IMG/VR virus record: IMGVR_UViG_3300039305_000013 | Span: 1-37,424 of that record | Source: a virus | Lineage: Duplodnaviria > Caudoviricetes | Strand: one strand, 5' to 3' | DNA: 37,424 nucleotides | In this document: one piece after another, positions 18,472 to 28,691 of the stretch | Layout of the letters: the number at the start of each line of letters is the position of its first letter | Numbering within the stretch: position 1 is the first letter of the stretch | Translations under genes and position numbers: made by a program | The notes under the pieces: model-generated | What the model was told of the DNA's origin: nothing | Seen by the model: only the letters and a program-made list of their open reading frames with translations | Databases searched by the model: none

Positions 18472-18970
18472 GCATCGTTTCCAAGGGGACGACTTTGGTA
18501 GCTGCAGCGGGTATTGGATACGTTGTAACCTTTGCCGCCTCCAGCGCCACCACAAGGTGTCTCATTGGAATCAGCACCGATAACGCCTCAGCGTTCTTCG
18601 CCTCCTGTTGAAGCCGCTTAGCTGCTGCCGTAGTTCGCAACTGATACGTGCGTTTCGCTATGTCTGCGGTGGTGGCAAAAAGCTCCCTCAGGCCCAATGG
18701 CACAAGAGCAACCTTGCTCTTGTCTTTGTCTTTATAAAACTCGCATGTTTGAACATCGCGAAGCGGCGCGTTGTATTCGTTCACGGCGTCATAGGTGACG
18801 ATAACCTCTGGCCCGACAATTGCCGAAGAAACTCTCTCATAGCTCTTCGGCGCTTTTAGTAGATGCTTAATCGCCACTTCGCAGACCTTCAGCGCTGGAT
18901 CGGCCTCATCAGCAAGGGCGCTGACCGCGAACAGCACCAACATCAATCCGCCTAAACTGATAGCTTTCAT
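18455..18970 (-). CDS. Exported hypothetical protein (moron)
   Basis: Signal peptide MKAISLGGLMLVLFAVSALA; C...IK..LKAPKSY and YDAVNEYNAPLR..C pattern; lower GC. Confidence 0.7.
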   Translation of the reverse strand: MKAISLGGLMLVLFAVSALADEADPALKVCEVAIKHLLKAPKSYERVSSAIVGPEVIVTYDAVNEYNAPLRDVQTCEFYKDKDKSKVALVPLGLRELFATTADIAKRTYQLRTTAAAKRLQQEAKNAEALSVLIPMRHLVVALEAAKVTTYPIPAAATKVVPLETMPTRPE

Positions 18971-18981
18971 TGGAGGCTTCC

Positions 18982-21543
18982 TTGGCAACTGACAACGAGC
19001 AGCTTGTCCTTAGCATTAGTGCCGACACTCGACAAATCCAGCGACAGCTAAAGTCGCTGGTTGGGCAGACGGCGGCCAATACGAAGGCAATCGAAGAAGC
19101 TTTCGCAGGTATAGACAAGGCAGCCTCAAAAGCCTTCGACGGCGTAGCGGCCAATGGAAACAAGGCGCTCGGCAATACCGGCAAGGAAGCGAAGAAGCTC
19201 GGCGATGCCATGAAGGGATCGCAGACGCAGGTGTCCAACATGGCGGCTCAGCTGCAGGATATCGGCGTGCAGCTGGCAGGCGGCCAGTCGCCCTTCCTGA
19301 TTGGCGTGCAGCAGCTCTCCCAGATGAACCTCGGGGCAATGGGTGTCCGCGGCACGCTGTCTGCCGTAGCCGGAGCGGCTGCGTCCATCGTCAGCCCGAT
19401 CAACCTTGCAGGCCTCGCGATCATCGCGGCCACAGGCTATGCGGTGCAGTACTTTACGAGCCTCGGTGATGACGCTGGTAATGCTGAGGAGGTTCTCAAA
19501 GCTCACGCGGAGCTTATCAGCCGGCTGAAGGATGCCTACGGCGAAGCCGCAGAGGGCGCCGCTGAATACGCGAAGGAAAGCAAGGTCATCCTCGCCAACG
19601 ACGCAAGAACTGCCATTCGAGGCTTTAGGGGCCGGCTGCAGGATGATGCCAAGTCTCTCAGCGGTATGCTGGGCGAGATCGACCCGGATGACTACCGCGA
19701 CTACTCCTACATCCTGAACGAGCTTCGCTCGGCCATGGCCGATCTTCAGCAGTCGGCAGCAAGAGGTGCGCCCGACATCAAGCGCTTCCTCGAGGAGCTG
19801 ATCAGGATCAAGGATCTGCCGGGCACGCCTGACGACATCAAGGAACTGATCGACTCCATCATCAGCACAGGCAAGGAGAGCGTCACAGCGCAACGTGACC
19901 TCCAGCGGCTTGAGAGGATCATGAGAAGCGTCGGCACCGTCGCGCAGGGCCAGGCCGAGCAGTTCGACAAATTCTCGGACGCGATCGGCCGCCTGGCTGA
20001 TAGCGGCCTCGCGAAGCTCTCCGAGATGGAGCAAGCGGTTAAAGACTATCACGAGGCCCTGAGGAATGCGCAGGGCGCCGAGGATCGCGCCGCCGCGAAT
20101 GCTGCCTTCAATGCAGCCAAAGAGCGGATCCAGTACCAGGAGGTAAACGGATCAGATGCGGCGCGGATGATCCGCAATTTCGAGACCTTCAGTGCCAACG
20201 CCTATGCGGACACTCGCACGTCCACCGGCAAGTTCGACCGCTATCGTGTCGGCTTTGGCAGCGATACCACTACCCGCGCGAATGGCATGATCGAGAGCGT
20301 GACGCAGGACACTGTCGTCACCCTCGAAGATGCGGAGCGTGATCTCTCTCGTCGTATCGTTGAGTTCCAGTCCGGTATCCAGCGCGCCATCGGCGTCGAG
20401 ACCTGGAAGAGCCTTTCCGAGGGGCAGCAGGCGGCGCTCACTTCCATTGCCTACAACTACGGCTCCCTGCCCGACAGCATCGTCAAGGCGATCGAGAGCG
20501 GCGGCGGGCCTGAGAAGGTGGCGAATGCCATTGCGGCCCTGTCCGCAAATCCTGAGCGGCGGAAGCAGGAAGCTCAAGCCTACCTCTCCGGCACCGGCAT
20601 TACGATGACGGAGGCCGGCCTCGGCAAACAGAAATCCCCGGCTGAACTGTTCCAGGGCGACCTGGCGCAGGTGCAGCAGCGGATCGACGCGCTCAATGCG
20701 CAGTACGCCGCCCAGTCGAAGCTCAACCCGCTGATCGATGACTACGGCTACGCCATCGAGAAGGCCCGCATCCAGCAGGAGCTACTGGCTGAGGCGCAGA
20801 GAGCCGGCGTCAACGTGACGCCGGAGATGGCCGCGAGCATCGAAGCACTCGCCGAGAACTATGCGCGAGCGTCGGCAGCGAGCGATCAGCTGCGGGCGTC
20901 TCAGCAGCAGGCGGTACAGGCGGCGCACGAGTGGAGCAGCCTTGGCCGCGATATTGTCGGCGGCTTTGTCAGTGACCTGCGCAATGGCGCATCGGCTGCA
21001 GACGCACTTTCCAATGCCCTCGGCAAGGTCGCAGACAAGCTGATCGAGATGTCGCTGAACTCGATCTTCGGTGACAGCAGCGGCGGCAACTTCCTGTCCA
21101 GCCTTTTTGGCGGCGGGGGTGGCAGTGCCTTCCCTGCAGCACCAACGAGCGGCGTCGGGCTGTTCGACGAGGGCGGCTACACCGGATCCGGCGGCAAGTA
21201 TGAGCCTGCCGGTCTCGTCCACAAGGGCGAGTATGTCTTCGACGCGGAGGCCACCCGGCGCATCGGGGTCAGAACGCTAAAGCGCCTGCAGGGCTATGCC
21301 AATGGCGGCCTGGTGGGACGCAGGAGCAGCTTGGGCTCCATGGGCGGGCCTGAGTTCAAGGTGAACATCATCAACAATGCCGGCGCGCAGGTCTCGCAGA
21401 AGACGAGGCAGACGGCTGGCGGCGCGCAGCTCGACGTGATGATCGACGAGGCGGTTGCTGCCAAGCTCTCGACGCCTGGCTCGCGCTCGCGGGCGGCGGT
21501 GCAGACGCAGTTCGGCACGAAGAACGGATTGGCGAAGCGATGA
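18982..21543 (+). CDS. Tape measure protein with an internal lysozyme-like domain
   Basis: TTG start after GGAGG; QLQDIGVQLAGGQSP; C-terminal FDEGGYTG.GGKYEPAGLVHKGEYV; Ala-rich helices. Confidence 0.9.
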   Translation: MATDNEQLVLSISADTRQIQRQLKSLVGQTAANTKAIEEAFAGIDKAASKAFDGVAANGNKALGNTGKEAKKLGDAMKGSQTQVSNMAAQLQDIGVQLAGGQSPFLIGVQQLSQMNLGAMGVRGTLSAVAGAAASIVSPINLAGLAIIAATGYAVQYFTSLGDDAGNAEEVLKAHAELISRLKDAYGEAAEGAAEYAKESKVILANDARTAIRGFRGRLQDDAKSLSGMLGEIDPDDYRDYSYILNELRSAMADLQQSAARGAPDIKRFLEELIRIKDLPGTPDDIKELIDSIISTGKESVTAQRDLQRLERIMRSVGTVAQGQAEQFDKFSDAIGRLADSGLAKLSEMEQAVKDYHEALRNAQGAEDRAAANAAFNAAKERIQYQEVNGSDAARMIRNFETFSANAYADTRTSTGKFDRYRVGFGSDTTTRANGMIESVTQDTVVTLEDAERDLSRRIVEFQSGIQRAIGVETWKSLSEGQQAALTSIAYNYGSLPDSIVKAIESGGGPEKVANAIAALSANPERRKQEAQAYLSGTGITMTEAGLGKQKSPAELFQGDLAQVQQRIDALNAQYAAQSKLNPLIDDYGYAIEKARIQQELLAEAQRAGVNVTPEMAASIEALAENYARASAASDQLRASQQQAVQAAHEWSSLGRDIVGGFVSDLRNGASAADALSNALGKVADKLIEMSLNSIFGDSSGGNFLSSLFGGGGGSAFPAAPTSGVGLFDEGGYTGSGGKYEPAGLVHKGEYVFDAEATRRIGVRTLKRLQGYANGGLVGRRSSLGSMGGPEFKVNIINNAGAQVSQKTRQTAGGAQLDVMIDEAVAAKLSTPGSRSRAAVQTQFGTKNGLAKR

Positions 21544-21893
21544 CGACACCTGCCTGGCCTTCCAGCCTGCCGCACTGCTTCACGACCGACTCCCATTCGG
21601 AGGAGGGCGCGGACAACGTGATCTACTCCGAAGTGTCGGTCGGGCCTGCCAAGGCGCGGCGGCGCACAACGGCGCAGCCTTGGAGCATGGGCGGGACGCT
21701 GAGAATGAGCGCCGATCAGTATCTCGCTTTTCAGGCCTTCCTGCGGGACGAGATCGCCGACGGCGCGTTCAGCTTCACCTTCCCGGATCGCCTCGGCGGC
21801 CCGGATCTCCTCGTCCGCATCACGACGCCGCACAAGGCCACGCGCTCCGGCGCCAAGTGGAACGTGTCGCTCGTGCTCGACGTGATGCCATAG
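21540..21893 (+). CDS. Minor tail protein (distal tail-like)
   Basis: WP..LP, GPAKARRRTT and F.F.D pattern; follows the TMP. Confidence 0.7.
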   Translation: MTTPAWPSSLPHCFTTDSHSEEGADNVIYSEVSVGPAKARRRTTAQPWSMGGTLRMSADQYLAFQAFLRDEIADGAFSFTFPDRLGGPDLLVRITTPHKATRSGAKWNVSLVLDVMP

Positions 21894-21900
21894 GTGGTTC

Positions 21901-22404
21901 ATGCCAAGACAGCTTTCGCCCAGCTTCATCTCCGGCGCATTCGCGCAGGAGACTGACGAGGTTCTGGTCTGCCTGCTCACGATCACGCACGAGGACCTGG
22001 CGCTCCCGCTCTACCTCTCATCGGACCCGACGACGAGGCTGTCGGAGAACCCGCTCGCCTATGGCACGTCGAGCCGCGGCAACATGCATCTGTTCCTGCC
22101 GTTCGAGTTCACGCTGCCCGACGACATGTCCGACAGCCCGCCGCGCGTGCAGCTGTCCATGGACAACACTGACCGTCAGCTCGTGGCACTCCTGCGGAGC
22201 ATCTCCACACCCGCCTCAATCAAGGTCGAGATCGTGCTCGCCTCCGATCCTGATTTCGTCGAGCTGACGCTTCCGGCCATGCAGCTCGGCGATGTAACGA
22301 TCGAGGAGGGGCGGATTTCTGCGAACCTGGTGGCAGACAACCTGATCAACGAGCCGCACCCGGCCGGATCCTTCACTCCTGGCTCATTCCCCGGCCTGTT
22401 CTGA
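21901..22404 (+). CDS. Minor tail protein (DUF1833-like)
   Basis: LLTITH, PFEFTLP and C-terminal FTP..FPGLF motifs. Confidence 0.75.
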   Translation: MPRQLSPSFISGAFAQETDEVLVCLLTITHEDLALPLYLSSDPTTRLSENPLAYGTSSRGNMHLFLPFEFTLPDDMSDSPPRVQLSMDNTDRQLVALLRSISTPASIKVEIVLASDPDFVELTLPAMQLGDVTIEEGRISANLVADNLINEPHPAGSFTPGSFPGLF

Positions 22405-22793
22405 TGGAAGCATTCATCGGCATTCCCTACGTGCCCCATGGGCGCGACTATACCGGCGCGGACTGCTGGGGGCTCCTCTATCTGTTCTACCGGGACCGGC
22501 TGAAGCTGGCGGTCCCATCCTATTCCGCCGAGATGGAAGAGCGCCGTTTCTGCAAGCAGGACATCGCGCCGCTGATCGGCCGGGAGCTGCAGCACTGGGA
22601 TCCGGTGTCCGTCCCCCATTTGGGTGATGCCGTCCTGCTGCGCTCCGGCCGGCATGAGACCCATGTCGGCGTGTTCATTGGTCGCAACCGTCTTCTCCAT
22701 AGTGAAGGGCCCACGCCATCCGTGATCGAGCGGCTGGACGATCTTCGCATCCGTAACCGCATTGTCGGCTTCTACAGGCTCAAAACATGCTGA
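22404..22793 (+). CDS. NlpC/P60 tail-associated peptidase
   Basis: GIPY..GRD..G.DCWGL and HVGVF motifs. Confidence 0.9.
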   Translation: MEAFIGIPYVPHGRDYTGADCWGLLYLFYRDRLKLAVPSYSAEMEERRFCKQDIAPLIGRELQHWDPVSVPHLGDAVLLRSGRHETHVGVFIGRNRLLHSEGPTPSVIERLDDLRIRNRIVGFYRLKTC

Positions 22794-25700
22794 TCACCAG
22801 AACCGACCAAGCCGAGATCATCTCTCCGGATCAGCGCGTCGATGTCTATGTGCGCCCCTCTCCGCTCAGGCAGGAGGCGCTTCACCTGGCTGTTGCCGCA
22901 GGCGCCTCCCTGCAGGAGATCGTGGAAGAGGCCAGGGCGGCGTTCCGGATCTCCGGCGCTGACCGCTACCTGCATGTGACGCTGAATGGGCATGTCGTCG
23001 AGCATCAGAACTGGGCGCGCGTGCGCGTCAAGCCGGGCGTGACGGTCAATGTCGTTCGCGTGCCGAGCGGTGCCTTCCGCAATCTTCTCGCCGCCGTCGT
23101 CGCTGTGTTCGCGGCCATCGCAGCACCCTGGCTCGCGACCGCCTTCGGCTTCATCGCCGGTACCGCAGCATACAGCACTGCCGTCACCGTGATCGGCGCC
23201 GGCATCACTATGGCCGGCGCTCTTGCGGTCAACGCGCTCTTTCCGCCTGCCAAGCCTGGCGAAGACAAGACCACGCCGCTCTATTCGATCGGCGGCGGGC
23301 AGAACCAGGCGGCGCAGTTCGGCGCCATTCCCTTCGTGTTTGGCACGCACCGGCTCTCGCCGCCTTATGCCTCCGGGCCTTATAGCGACCTCAGCGGCAG
23401 TGACCAGTACTTGCGACTGCTCTTCTGCCTGGGCTATGGCCCGATGCAGATCTCCGACATCAAGATCGGCGAGACGCCGATCGACGACTTCGACGGCATC
23501 AGCTACCGCGTGATCGAGAACCATCTGACGGAAGCGCTGACGCTCTACACGCAGCCGACCTATGAGGAAAGCCTGTCGATCCTGCTGACAAAGAAGGACG
23601 GCTGGTCTTCCCGTACCACTGCGGAGCGCGTGGACGAGGTCTCGGTCGACATCAGCTTTCCCTCCGGGATCTACCGCTACAAGGATGATGGCGACAAAGT
23701 CAGGTACACCGTCGAGGTGCTCATCCAGTACCGGAACGTGGACAGCGGATCCTGGATGGGCGCCGGCACGGTCAAAGTCACGTCCTCATCGACGCAGGCA
23801 ATCCGCCGCACGGTGCGCTGGAGCGTCCCGAACGGCCAGTATGAAGTCCGTGTGCGCAAGGCCTCCAGCGACTACGAGGGTGGCGACACGGTTTCGGAAA
23901 CGACTTACTGGTCGGCGCTCCGCGCCCGGCGCGTGCAACAAGTCATCAGGTTCGACAAGCCGCTATCGTTCATCGAGATGCGCATCAAGGCATCGAACGA
24001 GCTTTCCGGCACGGTCGACCGGTTGAACTGCATGGCCTCGATGCTGATCCGCAAGTGGAACGGGGCGGAATGGATAGGTGGTCAGGTCACCAGCAATCCG
24101 GCCGACCACTTCCGTGAGGTGCTGCAGGGCACGGCCAATGCGCGTCCGGTCGCAGACGAGGCAATCGATCTTGCGGGCCTTCAGGAATGGCACGACTACT
24201 GCCGGGAGAAGGGCTTCACCTTTAACCTCGTTACCTCCGAGGCGTTGTCGGTCTATGAGCGGCTGACGCAGATCGCGGCGGCCGGCCGTGCCGCTGTCTC
24301 GCTGCGCGACGGCAAGTGGGGCGTGGTCTGGGACCGCGAGGATGATGTCGTGGTGCAGCACTTCACGCCGCGCAACTCCTGGGGTTTTTCCAGCACGCGC
24401 GCGTATGTCGACCTGCCGCACGGTTTCCGCATGGCCTTCATCAATGCGAAGAACGGCTACTTGAACGACGAGCGCATCGTCTATGACGACGGCTACAGCG
24501 AGAGCAACGCGACGAAGTTCGAGGGGCTCGACTTTCCGGGCGTCGTGGATCCCGATCTCATCTGGCGCCATGGCCGTTTCCAGCTCGCCCAGCTCCGGCT
24601 GCAGCGCGAGACGTACTCGCTGAACACCGACTTCGAGAACCTCGTCTGCACACGTGGCGACCGTGTTAGGGTCAATCACGACGTGGTGCTCTGGGGCGCA
24701 GGTGCCGCGCGTGTGAAGCAGGTCTCCAGCAGCCCGGATACCGTCACTATCGACGACACTTTTACCATGGAAGCTGGCAAGACTTACTCCATGCGCTTCC
24801 GGCTCGCCGATGGGTCCTCGCTGGTTCGCACCATCGTGGGTGTCGCCGGCGAGCATTCCGTCTTCACGCTTCACGGCGAGGGGGCATTGCCTGCCAAGGG
24901 CGATCTCCTGATGTTCGGGCAGAACGGGTTCGAAAGCGTGGTGCTCAGGGTCAAGAGCGTGCAGGCCCAGCCGGACCTGACCGCGAAGCTTGAGCTCGTC
25001 GATGACGCGCCTGCGATCACTCAGGCTGACAAAGGCACCATCCCGCCGTTCGAGACCGGCATTCCGCCGCTGGTGAACTACCAGGACTATGCGCCGAGCC
25101 AGCTTGTGGTGATCGAGGAAGTCGAGAGCGTCGTTCCTCCGCGCTCGGTGTTGCGCCTGTCTTGGACGGCACCGACTGTGGCGCAGGTTCAGTCATACCT
25201 GACACAGATCGCGCTGAAGGGAAGCGAAGACTGGTCGCAGGCCTATATCTCGTCCATCCCCTCGGTGGATATCCCGAACATCGAGGCGGGGCTCTATGAC
25301 GTCAGGGTGAGGGCCATGTTCCAGAACGGTCAGCCCTCAGGCTGGCTGTTCGGCACCGCCGAGGCCGGCATCTTCCGCGAGCGGCCGGCGCCGGTCACGG
25401 GCTTCCGTGTCGCTGTCGCCGGTGATGTGGCGATACTGCAATGGGATGAGCAGACGGATCCTGCCGTCTCGCACTACCAGATCCGCTTCACGTCCTCACT
25501 CGTCGGTGCAAGCTGGGTCACCGCGTCTAGCCTAAGGGAGAAGGCTACCGGCAACCAGGTGGTCGTTCCCGCCATGCGGGGCACCTATCTGATCCGCGCT
25601 GTCTCGCGCGCCGGAGCCACCTCGGCTGAAGATGCCATGGTGGTGAACGGCATCGACCCAATGACCTCGTTCAACGCGATCGAGACAGTGACCGAGTCCC

Positions 25701-26434
25701 CGACCTTCCCCGGCGAGCGGGACCGGACGCATGTGCTCGGTTCGACGCTCCGCCTCCTGACGGCCGGCGACTTCTTTGCCCCGCTCGACTTTTTCGCGGC
25801 TGACGATTTCTTCCTTTCGGGGGGCGGTTACGAGCCGATTGGCTATTACGAGTTCGACAACGTGATCGACCTCGGCCAGGTCTACACCTCGCGCGTCTCG
25901 GCCGATATCAGGGCCTTTGGCGAGCGTGCTGGAGACGATGTGTTCGAGCGCCCGGACTTCTTCGCAGTCACGGACTTCTTCGGCGTCGAGATCGGCGACA
26001 CCTGGGGCGTTCGGGTCGAGGTCTCCACGACGCCCGACGATCCGGCCGGAAGCCCTGTCTGGTCCGATTGGACGCAGCTCATCGCCGGCGATGTCTCGGC
26101 GCGCGCCTACCGGTTCCGCGCGGTGCTGAGAAGCGGCCAGTTCGACATTACGCCTGTCGTTACCGTTCTCTCGGCATCGGTGGACATGCCGGATCGTGTG
26201 GTGGCGGAAAGCGATCTTGCTGTCTCGACCGCAGGTCGCGTGATCAGCTTCACGCCGCCCTTCCATTCTCTGCAGGGGATCTCGATCGCCGCGCAGGGGA
26301 TGGCGAGCGGCGACTACTACCAGATCTCCGGCAAGAGCAATGCCGGCTTCACCATCATCTTCAGGAATGCGAGCGGCACGCCGGTGGCGCGCACGCTCGA
26401 CTATGTCGCCAAAGGATACGGAACCAGACAATGA
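22787..26434 (+). CDS. Central tail tip / host-specificity protein (J-like, with FN3-like domains)
   Basis: 1215 aa; gpI-like hydrophobic N-terminus, IP.VFG.HR, TSNPA and FN3-like LSWTAP/YDVRVRA motifs. Confidence 0.85.
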   Translation: MLITRTDQAEIISPDQRVDVYVRPSPLRQEALHLAVAAGASLQEIVEEARAAFRISGADRYLHVTLNGHVVEHQNWARVRVKPGVTVNVVRVPSGAFRNLLAAVVAVFAAIAAPWLATAFGFIAGTAAYSTAVTVIGAGITMAGALAVNALFPPAKPGEDKTTPLYSIGGGQNQAAQFGAIPFVFGTHRLSPPYASGPYSDLSGSDQYLRLLFCLGYGPMQISDIKIGETPIDDFDGISYRVIENHLTEALTLYTQPTYEESLSILLTKKDGWSSRTTAERVDEVSVDISFPSGIYRYKDDGDKVRYTVEVLIQYRNVDSGSWMGAGTVKVTSSSTQAIRRTVRWSVPNGQYEVRVRKASSDYEGGDTVSETTYWSALRARRVQQVIRFDKPLSFIEMRIKASNELSGTVDRLNCMASMLIRKWNGAEWIGGQVTSNPADHFREVLQGTANARPVADEAIDLAGLQEWHDYCREKGFTFNLVTSEALSVYERLTQIAAAGRAAVSLRDGKWGVVWDREDDVVVQHFTPRNSWGFSSTRAYVDLPHGFRMAFINAKNGYLNDERIVYDDGYSESNATKFEGLDFPGVVDPDLIWRHGRFQLAQLRLQRETYSLNTDFENLVCTRGDRVRVNHDVVLWGAGAARVKQVSSSPDTVTIDDTFTMEAGKTYSMRFRLADGSSLVRTIVGVAGEHSVFTLHGEGALPAKGDLLMFGQNGFESVVLRVKSVQAQPDLTAKLELVDDAPAITQADKGTIPPFETGIPPLVNYQDYAPSQLVVIEEVESVVPPRSVLRLSWTAPTVAQVQSYLTQIALKGSEDWSQAYISSIPSVDIPNIEAGLYDVRVRAMFQNGQPSGWLFGTAEAGIFRERPAPVTGFRVAVAGDVAILQWDEQTDPAVSHYQIRFTSSLVGASWVTASSLREKATGNQVVVPAMRGTYLIRAVSRAGATSAEDAMVVNGIDPMTSFNAIETVTESPTFPGERDRTHVLGSTLRLLTAGDFFAPLDFFAADDFFLSGGGYEPIGYYEFDNVIDLGQVYTSRVSADIRAFGERAGDDVFERPDFFAVTDFFGVEIGDTWGVRVEVSTTPDDPAGSPVWSDWTQLIAGDVSARAYRFRAVLRSGQFDITPVVTVLSASVDMPDRVVAESDLAVSTAGRVISFTPPFHSLQGISIAAQGMASGDYYQISGKSNAGFTIIFRNASGTPVARTLDYVAKGYGTRQ

Positions 26435-27138
26435 GCCAGCCAGCAGATTGGAACGTGCCGACAGTCGGCCCTGCATCGCCAACCGAGATGGCGAGCAGAA
26501 TGAGCGGCAGTCTTGATGCATTGCTTTCCATGCATTCAGGCTCGGTCCGGCCAGACTATGCCTTGGCAGGAACGCAGTGGGCCGACACTTCGGTCGCAGG
26601 CAAGATCTCGGTCAAGCTCTATGACGGCACGGCGGACCGCGTGCTCTACGTCATCAACACTGCAACTGGCGAAGTCACGTTCGGTGATGCTGGCAGTTTG
26701 CTTCACATCCGCGATCAGAAGGCGTCCGGCACGCCTGGCGGCTCTGCGGTGGCTGGGGTGCAGGCCCGAAGCCTGAACACTGTCGTAACCAACACCATCG
26801 CAGGAGCGTCACTGTCTGCGAACCAGATCACGCTTGCGGCCGGCACCTACGATGTCGAAGCATTCGCGCCCGCCTGGCGCGTCGACGGCAGCAAGGTCTG
26901 GCTGCGCATCGCGGGCGCGGGAACGGTTCTGCTTGAAGGCGCTTCGGTCTTCGGCGCTTCCGTGGATGGTACGATCATTCCCTATGTGAAAGGGAGGATC
27001 ACTCTCAGCGAGTCCACCGTCATCGAGCTGGCGCACCACACCACGCTCTCCACCTCCTCTGTCGGTCTCGGCCAGCCTGCCAGCATCGCTGGCCGCCCCG
27101 AGATCTATGCCGAAGCATTCTTCAAGAAGGTCGCCTGA
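26431..27138 (+). CDS. Tail fibre / receptor-binding protein
   Basis: ATG at 26431 overlaps the J stop; HSG..RP.YA..G..W.DT N-terminus; beta-rich C-terminus. Confidence 0.65.
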   Translation: MSQPADWNVPTVGPASPTEMASRMSGSLDALLSMHSGSVRPDYALAGTQWADTSVAGKISVKLYDGTADRVLYVINTATGEVTFGDAGSLLHIRDQKASGTPGGSAVAGVQARSLNTVVTNTIAGASLSANQITLAAGTYDVEAFAPAWRVDGSKVWLRIAGAGTVLLEGASVFGASVDGTIIPYVKGRITLSESTVIELAHHTTLSTSSVGLGQPASIAGRPEIYAEAFFKKVA

Positions 27139-27139
27139 T

Positions 27140-27520
27140 ATGCCTCACGCTCTCGTTCAAGATGGTGTCGTCGTCCAGCTCGACCTGACCGGGAATCCTC
27201 CTGAAGGTTTTGTGCCGGTATCTGCCTCGGTCCAGCCGGGCTATCTGTTCGATGGCTCTGACTTCCTGCCACCTGAGCCTGTTGGGAACGGCACCCCTAA
27301 GACACGTACTTACAAAGCCGATATCTGGCGGAGGGCGACAGATGAAGAGGCGGAGCAGATCGATGCCTTGCTGAACTCTCAGCCGGTTCGCCTCCGGCGG
27401 CTCTGGGCGGACGCGTCCTTCCTGTCCACCACGGACGAACTCTTCATGCTGATCCTCGCCGGCGCGGAGCAGCTATTCGGGCCGGCGCGCGCCGCGCAGT
27501 TGCTTGAGCCGACAGAGTGA
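27140..27520 (+). CDS. Putative tail fibre assembly/accessory protein
   Basis: Follows the fibre gene; YKADIWRRATD.EA pattern. Confidence 0.55.
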   Translation: MPHALVQDGVVVQLDLTGNPPEGFVPVSASVQPGYLFDGSDFLPPEPVGNGTPKTRTYKADIWRRATDEEAEQIDALLNSQPVRLRRLWADASFLSTTDELFMLILAGAEQLFGPARAAQLLEPTE

Positions 27521-27547
27521 GCTCTCTCACCATCAAAGGAACATCCC

Positions 27548-28438
27548 ATGCAGGTCATCGACCCAGCAAACGAGTTCGCGCGTTCGCTCAAGAAGGCGCT
27601 GGTGCATGAGGGCGGGTTTTCCGATCATCCGGACGATCCTGGCGGCGCTACCATGCGCGGCGTGACGCAGCGCGTCTTCAACGAGTGGCTGATCGCCCGC
27701 GGTCAGAAGCCGCGCCACGTCAAGACCATCACGCTCGACGAGGTCGCAGCGATCTACAAGCAGCGCTACTGGGATATCGCCAAGCTCGATAAGCTGCGAC
27801 CGGGCGTCTCGTACGTCGTCTTCGACGGCAACGTGAACTCAGGCGTTGCGCAATCGGTGAAGTGGCTCCAGCGTGCTCTGCAGGCCATGGGGCTCTATCG
27901 CGGCGCCATCGATGGCATCATAGGGCAGGGGACGCTCTTGGCGGCCGCAAGCGTCAATGACGATGATGAGCTGATCGCCCGCATCATCGAGCGCCGCGAA
28001 GCCTTCCTCCGCGCGCTGAAGACGTTCAAGACCTTCGGCAAGGGGTGGCTCCGCCGGATCCGTGACGTGAAGGCGGTCGGGCAGGCATGGGCTTCCGGCT
28101 CTGTCGGTCCAGAGATCTCCTATGCGCCGGGTGGCGATGCCAAGGCTTATCTCTCCAGTGCCAAGGCTGCACCCACCATCGCCGTAGCGGATGCATCGAC
28201 CGGCGGCGGGATCGGCTCCGGTGGTCTCGCTGCTGCGCTCCAAGAGGTGCAGGAGCAGCTCGCGCCCTACAGCTACAGCAGCGAACTCATCGGCAAGGTG
28301 GTGGCCGGCCTGGTCGTGGTGGGCGCAGTCCTCACGATCGGCGGCCTTGCCTATCGCTGGTACGCCAAACAAAAGCGCGCCGAACGCGCGGACGCCCTCG
28401 ATCTGCAGGTGAAGACTGATGCTCAAGCTTTTGCCTGA
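27548..28438 (+). CDS. Endolysin, GH108 family, with C-terminal TM segment
   Basis: HEGGFSDHPDDPGGATMRGVT, FD..VNSG, DGIIG.GT and FGKGWLRRI motifs. Confidence 0.92.
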   Translation: MQVIDPANEFARSLKKALVHEGGFSDHPDDPGGATMRGVTQRVFNEWLIARGQKPRHVKTITLDEVAAIYKQRYWDIAKLDKLRPGVSYVVFDGNVNSGVAQSVKWLQRALQAMGLYRGAIDGIIGQGTLLAAASVNDDDELIARIIERREAFLRALKTFKTFGKGWLRRIRDVKAVGQAWASGSVGPEISYAPGGDAKAYLSSAKAAPTIAVADASTGGGIGSGGLAAALQEVQEQLAPYSYSSELIGKVVAGLVVVGAVLTIGGLAYRWYAKQKRAERADALDLQVKTDAQAFA

Positions 28439-28691
28439 CTGGCTGCCGACGGCCGGCATTGCTCTTATAGCCCTCTCGCTCGGCGTGTTCCTCGGCTCCG
28501 CCGTCGGCATCATGAACGGGAGGGCACTCGGGAAGGCCGAAGCGAAGGCCGAAGCTGCGGCGGAAGCCATCAAGCGCGTCACAGACATGGAGAAGAACAA
28601 TGCGACCTTCCGCAATCTTCCTGCTCGCGAGCGTTGCCGCGTGTTCATGCGCGATAGCGGGCTGCCAGCGGATAACTGCGATCAACGGTAG
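28419..28691 (+). CDS. Putative i-spanin (Rz-like)
   Basis: N-terminal TM segment, coiled coil and C-terminal Cys residues; follows the endolysin. Confidence 0.6.
   Translation: MLKLLPDWLPTAGIALIALSLGVFLGSAVGIMNGRALGKAEAKAEAAAEAIKRVTDMEKNNATFRNLPARERCRVFMRDSGLPADNCDQR

Noticed and set aside
26068-26430. Extended 5' part of the 356-aa ORF in the track
   Set aside because: It overlaps the J gene. The real start is more likely ATG 26431, coupled to the J stop.
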